DNA of 11,368 bases from Candidatus Thorarchaeota archaeon. Lineage in GTDB: Archaea; Asgardarchaeota; Thorarchaeia; Thorarchaeales; Thorarchaeaceae. The stretch is from NCBI GenBank assembly GCA_004524445.1, contig SDNP01000054.1, forward strand, positions 1 through 11,368, given 5' to 3'. Position 1 is the first letter of the stretch. Every line of letters starts with the position of its first letter. Position numbers and translations under genes: made by a program. This document shows positions 1 to 7,817 of the stretch, one piece after another. Below the pieces are notes generated by a model. The model had not been told where the DNA came from, ran no database searches, and worked only from the letters and a program-made list of their open reading frames with translations.

Positions 1-2160
1 GTGATGTTATACGGGTCATCTGAAGCAGAGAACCATTCATCTGATTTGATGGTTCCTGTAAAACTTCCATCTCCATTGTTGTCTAATTGAAGACTCATTG
101 TGCCCCAACTGACGGTGATAACTGCATTCTCCCAGATTAGTCCGCCATGACGATCATCATAAAGATGTGCCGTAATGTCAAAGGAAGCAGACCAATTTAC
201 AGGGTCGATTGAATCAATCACAAGAGAGGCATCTGTTTCTTGCACTAGAATGATGACCGTGGTGAAGTCATGTGTCTGGAACCCTGACCGAGTTATCTCT
301 ATTCTGATGACATAGACCGGTCCTTCGCCAAACACATTCATGCCCAAGCCACGAGTGTCAACAGTGAAAGCGTATGTACCGTTGTTGTAGTCGCTTGTGT
401 CCATGATTGAGGTATCAAGGTCAACCAGATAATATGATGCAATCTCAGGTGACAATACTGGAGCGTTATCGAGTGTATTGTTCCAGTAGAACCTGACATC
501 AAACACATCAGCGTAGTATTTCTCGTAATAGTCTAGTTCCAGCACTATTTCATTTGGAACAGCCAAAATCCTCACGAATATGGTAGTGGAGTCTGAACTG
601 GCACCAGCCTTTGTTGCTACGATTTCAATCTCGTAGAAGTCCTCTTGAGGTACTGCATCATTTGCATCAAGGGATATGTTATAGATGCCACCAGCGAAAT
701 CATCTAGATTGCCGCTCTGGTCAATGACTGACTCCAAAAACCAGCTATAAGTAACGGTTGCTCCATCGACTGCTGCTCCAATTGATTGGTCCAACAGAAG
801 GATTTCCAGATTAAATGATTGCGTCCAGTAGACTTCTAATGGATTCTCTGCAGAACCATATTCCGCTTCAATAAAAAGTGGCACACGAATCGTTATGGTC
901 AGGGCTACTACATCTGATTCGTGATTGGCTTTGCTAAGATTAAGCTGAAAGATATAGGTTCCGGACTCGAAGGATCCTCCAAGGGTAACTTTGTATATTC
1001 CATCGCCCTCATATGTGAGCGTGACAGTATCACTCCAATTGTGACTGAATGTTGCACCATCAAGTCCAATATTACCCGAAATCCGAGTGTAATTCACTTG
1101 ATAGGTTGCTGACTCTAACCAGTCAATGGTCTGCGAATCCGATCCAACGACTTCAAGATTTGTTGGTGCTCTGGATACCGTTAAGAAAGCTGCCAAAGTT
1201 CCTGTTGCTTGTTGATAGTTATCTTTTGAACAGGTTACTGTTACATTCCAGTCTCCAACAGGTAACAAATCCTTGCCAAAGGTGTATGTGAATTCCGCTC
1301 CAGTTTCGGACAAAGTTCGACTAACATTCAGATATGAAATGCCATCCTTGGTATACCACCTTAATATTACAGATACACCGGTGAGACCAGCGTCAGAAGT
1401 ATTGCCTGGTAAATTGAAAACATACGAAAATGTCAATGAATGAGATGTGATATCCCAATCATAGTTATCCACAGTCAAATCGGTGACAAGCATTGGCACT
1501 TCTTTGATTAGCAATGAGATGGTGAAAGTCTGGTTAACATAATTTCTCTTTTCCAGTGAAATGCTCATAGAGTAGATGCCTACCGCCAAGTCATTCAGAG
1601 CACTAGCGGATAGAGAGTATGTACCATTTCCATTATCCACTAAGTCTCCCGAGCAGCTTGTGCCTATCACTGAGTATGAATATGTTCCGAGATCCGTCAC
1701 ATTTGCATCATTATCGTAGTCATCTAACCAGAATAAATGCGCTGAATGTGTGTTGTAATACTCACTGATTGTATCTGTTTCCTTACCTTCATTTGTTCGA
1801 GCAGGTTTGACGTCGATATAGATTGTCATCGGATTTGGATCGTCATGATCCACGCTATCAGAGTGTGCTCTAACCGTCATTACATATTGACCATCAATAA
1901 CATTCAGTCCCCATGCAGTGGCATTAACAACGATGGTGAAGTTAATTAGCGATGTGCGTGTTATCCAAGTGCCACTACCAGCCCATGTATCTTCGAAATA
2001 GGTAATACCGCCATAAGTGACAGTGATATTAAGCCAAGTTTGAGGTGATACAGCAGATGTGTCATTTTCGCCATCCCTGTCATACCATCCAACCACTAGC
2101 TGAGAATTATTTGTTTTCCACCGAACATTCACAATGCCAACTGTTGAATTCAACTCGGTG
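1..2160 (-). repeat. About seven tandem Ig-like (invasin/Big-like) ~100-aa repeats, continuing beyond the window
   Basis: Recurrent motifs: DNGNGTYSL, EGDGIYKV, DFAGGIYNI, DYNNGTYAF, NNGDGSF; GIYSMSISLEKRNY, GDWNVTVTCSKDNY, GTYIFQLNLSKANH, DFYEIEIVATKAG; DGATVTYSW / DGATFSHNW. Degenerate at the DNA level. Confidence 0.7.
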
Positions 2161-5100
2161 TACGCATCAGAATATGTAGGCGTTGATATGATTATCCAAT
2201 TGAAATACTCCCAGCCATAGTCCACCTTGGCCCCTAAAACCTGTCCGTATTCGTTACCAGAAACGACTGTAATATTGTAGGACACAGGACTATAGTAGGG
2301 AGCGGTTATGTTGCCATGGATATAGTAGAATATAATCCACCCAGTGCTGTTTGTTTTCCCTTGAGCTATGGGGTTTAGTGATGGTGTTCCACCTACTAGT
2401 GTTACGTTGACATCAGCATTGGAAACTGGATAGTTTTCACCGTCCTCTGTTGTCACTCTTATCCTGAGCTGGCTAATTGGAAGTTCAACAGTTTTGGATT
2501 GATAGCCTTGAAGATTGGCTATTGACTCTGTATCATTGAGAGCAGTAGGTGTATCACCATAGAGGTCGTCTTTGGTCACCTCGATACTCCAAGTACCGTT
2601 TACAATCCTATAGAATGTGAACTCTCCGGAGGAGTTTGTCCATTTAGTGATGTGATAACCTGTTTCGTTCTCATTAGTAATAGCCACCATTGCATTCTCA
2701 ACAGGGAGCTCATCCCAGCTCTCTACGTAGATATCGAGTGTGGTGAGAGGCAGTACCCAGTCTGGATGATCAAATGATCCAAGTGAGAATTCGCTGGATG
2801 ATATGGACCAGCTTCCAAACTTAGCCATATCTGAGTAGAGATAGCTATGAACGGGCCCATCATATCTGACGAAGATAGTGTAGTCATCAGCAGGCATTCT
2901 ATAGAATCTCGCCCATCCAGTGCTATTCGTTTCTTCGTAGTGAAGGAATACAGCAGGATTGCTACCATTGGTAACACGGACAGTAGTGGTATCATCCGGG
3001 GTTGCGTCCATAGAGTTACCCATTAAATCTTCGAAGTGAAGACTGAAGCTAGCCATTTCTAATGTGATTTCAATAGGTGTAACCGACCCAGTTATGGCAT
3101 GATCCGAGGTGTTTGTGACCCAAATTGAGCCTGAGGGGCTTGGAGATAACCAATTAGAAGCGTCTATTCTCGTCCTTACTTCGTAGGTTGCATTTAGGAG
3201 CCCTTCAAATACCACAAGGCCATTTGAATCTGTCACATCAGTTCTGTTTCGTCCCTGCTCGTCCAACCAAAGCGTACTATCTGTGGAATTGTATAGAGTG
3301 ATGCTTGCACCTTCGACTGGCACACCATCAAGGTCAACGACGGTGATGTCGAATTCGAACAAGTGACGTTCATCACCCTTTGCAATGACAAGACCATTCT
3401 CATCAGCCTCAGGAGTATATGCAGGCACGTGCCATCCGTATCCTGTGTCTCCTGTTGGGTTATAGGGTGATGAAGTTGAGAATAAGCCAAGGTCAACAAC
3501 ACCAATGCTTGCGTTGGATTCAATATGATAGAGGGTCATGCTTGATGAAACGGGGCGAAATGCTGCCATTCCACCTGCAGGTATTTCAAGAGTTCCATCA
3601 TTGAACCCGGTGATTTTAACTTCTGCATTCTCCAAAGCCACAATCATGAACTTGTAAGAGTTGATACCCCAGAGTTTGAAGGAAGAGCCGAACCGATGTC
3701 CTGAGGTGGTAGGTATCCAATCTCCAGCGTCTCTGGCATTTGTTGGGTCATAGAGACCCTCGACCATGAACATATCTCCAGAATTACGTGCTTTCAGGTG
3801 AAGGATATCCTCTGGATTCGTATCGCTTGCAGTACCAGGACCGATGGACTGAGAGCTATTGGCAAATATTTCCAAGGCGCCGCCGTATGACCAGACTGAA
3901 CCTGCGTTTCTCCACCAGTCCACAATTATCGTGGTTTCTTTTAAGTTTGTGACTCGTGTTCTGTCTTTGGAGTTTCCCATATCAATGGTATAGAATTCAT
4001 CACCAGCGAGTCCACCATCAACTGCGGGATAAAAGCCCCAAATGTCTCGAGCATGGGAAGCGTCATCGTCGCCAGCCCTTATGGATACAGGCTTTGTTGA
4101 ATTTACCTTCTTATAATCAGTGTAGAGAACATCTCCCTTGCTGATGTACTCTCCCGCATCTAAGGTCACTGGCCAATCCGTGTCAGAAACAGAGGTTTGA
4201 TTATAAAATGCCCATCCTGATTCTGCAGAACCAGATATGCTGGTGACCCATACCTCCGTATCATTCTCGTGAGCCTGAACCCAGTACATACCCTCGTTTC
4301 TGTCATCAAAACCTTCAACACCACCGATAATGAAGTGAGTACCTGTTCCATGGCTCATCTCGCTTACTCCAGGGAACCAGTCATTTATTGCAGAATTGGA
4401 GCCCTCGTTACCTTGCCCCATGCTAACTGCCATTGGATAATTGGAATATATTGCATAATAGCCATGGAATAGGGAATAGGAGTAGCTACTCGGCTCATAA
4501 CGAGCAGCATCATATTTGTCAAGAGTACCATAAGGAACATTGCTTGGATATACACTTCCGCTTGTTCCGGACCATCTATCATCAAGGTTCCTGGGATCAT
4601 CCCAGGTCTTACTTGAGGGGTCATACATCTCGATCAGGTAGTTGTTATCATCGTAATAAGATACCAAACTGAGCAGGGAGAATGTGTAGCTCTTGTAGAC
4701 AAATGGAAAGAAGTTCGGATGGCTTACTGACCCAACATCTTCCTTTGCATAGTAAATGTAATAGTTCTCTTCAGTATCTCCTTTTGAAACATTTACCATG
4801 AAGCTGACTCTGGTTGAAAGAACATAGTCACCAGTTGAGTCATAGGTTGTATTCCAAGTTTGGAACGGAAGAGGGGTCCAATCAGGGTTATCATAGTATG
4901 CCACTCTTATCGAGTCCCCGTAGCAGTGACCCTCAGTGAATGTAAGATATAGATGAACAGGAGAAAGTGTGCGTGAGGCTACGTTGGGTTCTGTGAAATT
5001 GAAATAACGTCTGTAAATATATGTGCTATTCCACCAGTTAGCCTCGTCTTGAGTGCCCGCAACCTCTAGATTACCGTGACGGATTTGTAATGAATTATCT

Positions 5101-5216
5101 GCGTCAAGAATTGGATTCTGATTTACAGGATTCGTTGCAGGATTGCCGGTGGCTAGAGGAAGCAACAATACAACAGCCAGCGCAGCTAGAACTAGAAATT
5201 TGGTAGAACGCTTCAC
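1..5216 (-). CDS. Giant secreted/cell-surface glycoprotein (>=1738 aa, 3' end beyond window): signal peptide, DUF2341-like region, IgGFc-binding-like repeats, carboxypeptidase-regulatory-like repeats and Ig-like repeats
   Basis: GTG start at 5216-5214 with SD GGAGGTG (5229-5223). Hand translation gives no in-frame stop down to position 1. The N-terminus MKRSTKFLVLAALAVVLLLPLATG looks like a Sec signal peptide. It is followed by NWWNSTYIYRRYFNF...ENYYIYYAK, repeated TDSNG/TNSTG and DNGNGTY-type beta-sandwich motifs, and about 40 N-x-S/T sequons (hand count). Confidence 0.93.
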   Translation of the reverse strand, partial: MKRSTKFLVLAALAVVLLLPLATGNPATNPVNQNPILDADNSLQIRHGNLEVAGTQDEANWWNSTYIYRRYFNFTEPNVASRTLSPVHLYLTFTEGHCYGDSIRVAYYDNPDWTPLPFQTWNTTYDSTGDYVLSTRVSFMVNVSKGDTEENYYIYYAKEDVGSVSHPNFFPFVYKSYTFSLLSLVSYYDDNNYLIEMYDPSSKTWDDPRNLDDRWSGTSGSVYPSNVPYGTLDKYDAARYEPSSYSYSLFHGYYAIYSNYPMAVSMGQGNEGSNSAINDWFPGVSEMSHGTGTHFIIGGVEGFDDRNEGMYWVQAHENDTEVWVTSISGSAESGWAFYNQTSVSDTDWPVTLDAGEYISKGDVLYTDYKKVNSTKPVSIRAGDDDASHARDIWGFYPAVDGGLAGDEFYTIDMGNSKDRTRVTNLKETTIIVDWWRNAGSVWSYGGALEIFANSSQSIGPGTASDTNPEDILHLKARNSGDMFMVEGLYDPTNARDAGDWIPTTSGHRFGSSFKLWGINSYKFMIVALENAEVKITGFNDGTLEIPAGGMAAFRPVSSSMTLYHIESNASIGVVDLGLFSTSSPYNPTGDTGYGWHVPAYTPEADENGLVIAKGDERHLFEFDITVVDLDGVPVEGASITLYNSTDSTLWLDEQGRNRTDVTDSNGLVVFEGLLNATYEVRTRIDASNWLSPSPSGSIWVTNTSDHAITGSVTPIEITLEMASFSLHFEDLMGNSMDATPDDTTTVRVTNGSNPAVFLHYEETNSTGWARFYRMPADDYTIFVRYDGPVHSYLYSDMAKFGSWSISSSEFSLGSFDHPDWVLPLTTLDIYVESWDELPVENAMVAITNENETGYHITKWTNSSGEFTFYRIVNGTWSIEVTKDDLYGDTPTALNDTESIANLQGYQSKTVELPISQLRIRVTTEDGENYPVSNADVNVTLVGGTPSLNPIAQGKTNSTGWIIFYYIHGNITAPYYSPVSYNITVVSGNEYGQVLGAKVDYGWEYFNWIIISTPTYSDAYTELNSTVGIVNVRWKTNNSQLVVGWYDRDGENDTSAVSPQTWLNITVTYGGITYFEDTWAGSGTWITRTSLINFTIVVNATAWGLNVIDGQYVMTVRAHSDSVDHDDPNPMTIYIDVKPARTNEGKETDTISEYYNTHSAHLFWLDDYDNDANVTDLGTYSYSVIGTSCSGDLVDNGNGTYSLSASALNDLAVGIYSMSISLEKRNYVNQTFTISLLIKEVPMLVTDLTVDNYDWDITSHSLTFSYVFNLPGNTSDAGLTGVSVILRWYTKDGISYLNVSRTLSETGAEFTYTFGKDLLPVGDWNVTVTCSKDNYQQATGTLAAFLTVSRAPTNLEVVGSDSQTIDWLESATYQVNYTRISGNIGLDGATFSHNWSDTVTLTYEGDGIYKVTLGGSFESGTYIFQLNLSKANHESDVVALTITIRVPLFIEAEYGSAENPLEVYWTQSFNLEILLLDQSIGAAVDGATVTYSWFLESVIDQSGNLDDFAGGIYNISLDANDAVPQEDFYEIEIVATKAGASSDSTTIFVRILAVPNEIVLELDYYEKYYADVFDVRFYWNNTLDNAPVLSPEIASYYLVDLDTSIMDTSDYNNGTYAFTVDTRGLGMNVFGEGPVYVIRIEITRSGFQTHDFTTVIILVQETDASLVIDSIDPVNWSASFDITAHLYDDRHGGLIWENAVITVSWGTMSLQLDNNGDGSFTGTIKSDEWFSASDDPYNI
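2170..3360 (-). repeat. Four carboxypeptidase-regulatory/transthyretin-like beta-sandwich repeats
   Basis: ITVVDLDGVPVEGASITL...TDSNGLVVFEGL; LHFEDLMG...TNSTGWARFYRM; IYVESWDELPVENAMVAI...TNSSGEFTFYRI; IRVTTEDGENYPVSNADVNV...TNSTGWIIFYYI. Period about 100 aa; boundaries approximate. Confidence 0.7.
3420..4690 (-). repeat. Four degenerate ~95-aa protein repeats resembling the IgGFc-binding (FCGBP N-terminal) domain
   Basis: Recurring motif sets: LVSYYDDNNYLI / VQAHENDTEVWV / VTNLKETTIIV / IVALENAEVKI; TLDKYD / TLDAGE / LEIFANS / LEIPAGG; IYSNYPMAV / VNSTKPVSI / IESNASIGV; DWFP..GTHF / FYP..GDEF / DWIP..GSSF. Boundaries approximate. Confidence 0.55.
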
Positions 5217-6380
5217 TTATTCCACCTCCATTGTAGCAGAAGCATTAGTCGGATGGAAATTCTTCAGAACTTCCAGATAATGCGTCGCCTGCCTGCTCGG
5301 GATATCCTCATCATTATACAGGTGAACAGTTCGCTCTATCAACCATTCGGGATATACTGTTACAACTTGAGGGCTACAATTCAGCATAATATGTTCACGG
5401 CCCTCCTCATCATTGATTCGAAACACAATGTTTCCTTTCTCAAGTTTCGTAATTACCTTCCTAACCTTGGACTTGTCCGCATCGAGTAGTTGAGGTAGGT
5501 CTTCGGTAAGCTGTGGGCCATCTCGGAGAATTTCAATAAGGTCATAGGCATCAAAGTCAAGGAGATATGTTGCAAGCTCTTGTGCTTCAGTCCATATTGT
5601 GTCAGATAAATCGCGGCGAAGTCGTGCCACGTAATTTCTATGATAGCGCTTAGCAGCACTCAAGTATTGGTCGCTAACCTCAGAAGGTAGTGCTCCTGAT
5701 TTTACCAATTTAAGTGTTGGAGATGATGTCTTCCGGAGAATAAATACTGCTCTGACCAGATAGATTACTTCAGTTGATAATCCCTCAACCCATCCTGTGG
5801 CGATTATGCCCATCTTCACCAAAGGACGAAGAACCATATCTATGTCGATTTTCTTTCCGACTTCTTCAAAGATTATTTGTTCAAGATCGCTCGACTCAAT
5901 CGTACCATTCCGAGTTAATGTCTGAAGAATGGCTCGACGAACGGGATCGTTTAACACGGATGCCTGCTGTTGCTCTGGTGTCATCATGGTATAGCGAGCA
6001 ATCTGTTTGTACAGCTTTGGCACCATATTCTTGTAAATATCGTCTTCAGTGTTCAAGAAAATCTGTGTCGCAATCTCTGGAAGTGCATCTTTGTAGACTT
6101 CGGGATCCTCATCAGGGTCCAGAACCAGAAAAACCATGGAGGGTTTGCCCTTCATGTGCATATTCAAACCGCCATAATACACTGCAAGTTTGAACTCGTC
6201 GAAGGAAAGGGACGTAAACCCAGGCTTCTGAGACTCTTCAGTTTCTCCAAGCGTGGCAATTCCGTATACTCTCATGCTCGTTGTGGGATCCAATCCAGTC
6301 TTGAATTTCTTCGGCGTCTTCGCTGTTACCACCGGACCGAGTTCATCATCCCACTTCAAAACAGCTAATCCTTTGGGCAT
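5217..6380 (-). CDS. Longin/uDENN (NPRL2-like) N-terminal domain plus two winged-helix domains; hypothetical Asgard-type protein
   Basis: 387-aa ORF. The N-terminus GLAVLKWDDELGPVVTAKTP matches the uDENN/NPRL2-type pattern (hydrophobic strand-F/W-D-x-x-x-G-P...P). Two wHTH-like segments: NDPVRRAILQTLTRNG...LRPLVKMGII and YDLIEILRDGP...VRKVITKLEKGNIV. Purine-rich GATGGAGAGA upstream of the ATG. Confidence 0.7.
   Translation of the reverse strand: MPKGLAVLKWDDELGPVVTAKTPKKFKTGLDPTTSMRVYGIATLGETEESQKPGFTSLSFDEFKLAVYYGGLNMHMKGKPSMVFLVLDPDEDPEVYKDALPEIATQIFLNTEDDIYKNMVPKLYKQIARYTMMTPEQQQASVLNDPVRRAILQTLTRNGTIESSDLEQIIFEEVGKKIDIDMVLRPLVKMGIIATGWVEGLSTEVIYLVRAVFILRKTSSPTLKLVKSGALPSEVSDQYLSAAKRYHRNYVARLRRDLSDTIWTEAQELATYLLDFDAYDLIEILRDGPQLTEDLPQLLDADKSKVRKVITKLEKGNIVFRINDEEGREHIMLNCSPQVVTVYPEWLIERTVHLYNDEDIPSRQATHYLEVLKNFHPTNASATMEVE
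5223..5229 (-). promoter_or_regulatory. Shine-Dalgarno site GGAGGTG for the giant surface protein, embedded in the last codons of the upstream gene
   Basis: The minus strand reads ATG GAG GTG GAA TAA GTG AAG. GGAGGTG lies 6 nt before the GTG start. Confidence 0.75.
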
Positions 6381-6635
6381 CTTTACTATCTCTCCATCTT
6401 TCCAATAGAGCCAACTCTGGTCTTAGACTCCGGTTCCAAGGTGGATGGTTCCAGAAACGCTATTCCGTGGAACGCGTCTTCTCATCTGAAACAGCCAGTC
6501 ATATCTGAATGTCCAAGTCCTTGTTTGGCAAAATATGGTCAGACCTGTGTTAAATCTCATAGATAATATGGAATTAATAAGAGAATCCCGTTTATATGGA
6601 GAAAGCTTCCAGATTAGTGGCTTATCTAACGGCTT

Positions 6636-7817
6636 TCATATGCTGTTGCTTTCAAAAATAGTTACAATCATATTATTGCCGAATCCACCAATATTGTGTG
6701 TAAGACCTCTATGTGCGTTCGGTACCTGCAGACTTCCGGGAGCCCTATTTGTGAGTTGCAGGAAGATATCTCGAATCTGAGCAACACCGGTCGCACCCGT
6801 CGGATGGCCCCGTGCCTTCAAGCCTCCAGTTGTGTTGATTGGTATCTTACCGTCAACTTCAACATCTCCCGATTTGATTATTTCAATTCCCTTTCCTTGC
6901 TTAGCTAGCCCCATATCCTCAATGTCGATAATCTCCAAAATAGAGAATGCATCATGAAGTTCGAATACGTCTATGTCTTCAGGGCGTGTTTTTGCCATTC
7001 TGAACGCATCTCTTGCTGCATTCACCGTTGCTGAAAGAGATGTAAGAGACTCTCTATGCTGTACTGCTAAGAAATCAGTTGCATGCCCTATTCCCTTGAA
7101 TGTTGCCGAGTCGCCGATAACACCTAGTTTTCTTGCCTTTTCGGCAGATGCAAGTACAACGCTGGCTGCCCCGTCGCTAGTTGGACAACAATCAAAGAGA
7201 GTAAGGGGGCTTGATACTATTGGGCTTGCATTCACTTTTTCCACAGTGATTTCCTTTTGAAAGTGAGCCAAGGGATTTCTCGCACCGTTTCTATGAGCTT
7301 TTACTGGCACTAAGGATAACTCATCGCGGGTAAGTCCATAATCATGCATATATCGGCGGGCAATTAGGGCCGCCAAGGAAGCTGGTGTTGCTCCGTAGCG
7401 GGCTTCATTCTCCTTGGAAATCATCTTGGCGAGGATAGCGGATGCTCTTTCACGAGATACCTCCGACATCTTCTCCATACCAACGACCAAGACTAATTCA
7501 GCCAAACCAGAACGAATCATAGCAAAACCAGCCTCAACCGCACTTGCACCGGATGAAGGTCCGCTCTCAATACGAGTTCCCCCAGCTGGGACGATGCCCA
7601 ACGAATCAGCCATCAGAGTCGATAAATGACCTATTCCAGTAAATTCATCGGGATTCTGAGAAGCTACCAAGATGTGGTCAATCTTTTCGCCAGACGCCTG
7701 TGCGTCCTCAAGTGCCCTAAGTGAGGCATTTCTGGCGAGGTCTATGATGGATTCTTCCAAGTGCCCGAACTTGGTCATTCCTGCTCCAATGACATGAACA
7801 GATCCCAATATGACCAC
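6636..7817 (-). CDS. Thiolase-fold protein (archaeal/SCP2-type) lacking the catalytic cysteines
   Basis: Motifs VIGAGMTKFG, VGMEKMS, NGARNPLAHFQ, DCCPTSDGAA, ELHDAF, GGLKARGHPTGATG and HNIGG. The true start is probably TTG at 7808 (MGSVHVIGAG...), preceded by AGGTGG at 7819-7814. Confidence 0.9.
   Translation of the reverse strand: MVILGSVHVIGAGMTKFGHLEESIIDLARNASLRALEDAQASGEKIDHILVASQNPDEFTGIGHLSTLMADSLGIVPAGGTRIESGPSSGASAVEAGFAMIRSGLAELVLVVGMEKMSEVSRERASAILAKMISKENEARYGATPASLAALIARRYMHDYGLTRDELSLVPVKAHRNGARNPLAHFQKEITVEKVNASPIVSSPLTLFDCCPTSDGAASVVLASAEKARKLGVIGDSATFKGIGHATDFLAVQHRESLTSLSATVNAARDAFRMAKTRPEDIDVFELHDAFSILEIIDIEDMGLAKQGKGIEIIKSGDVEVDGKIPINTTGGLKARGHPTGATGVAQIRDIFLQLTNRAPGSLQVPNAHRGLTHNIGGFGNNMIVTIFESNSI

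Noticed and set aside
921-4672. The twelve short track ORFs (61-96 aa) on both strands in 921-4672
   Set aside because: All lie within the continuous 1738-codon minus-strand gene, in antisense or shifted frames, and show no recognisable motifs.
5214-5219. In-frame readthrough fusing the longin protein to the giant protein
   Set aside because: The stop is TAA, which is not a usual recoding codon, and the downstream gene has its own SD and signal peptide. Translational coupling explains the junction.
6423-6560. Small ORF as the DUF35 partner of the thiolase, or the region as a C/D box sRNA or tRNA
   Set aside because: There are no CxxC zinc-ribbon motifs, no canonical RUGAUGA box C paired with CUGA, and no cloverleaf.
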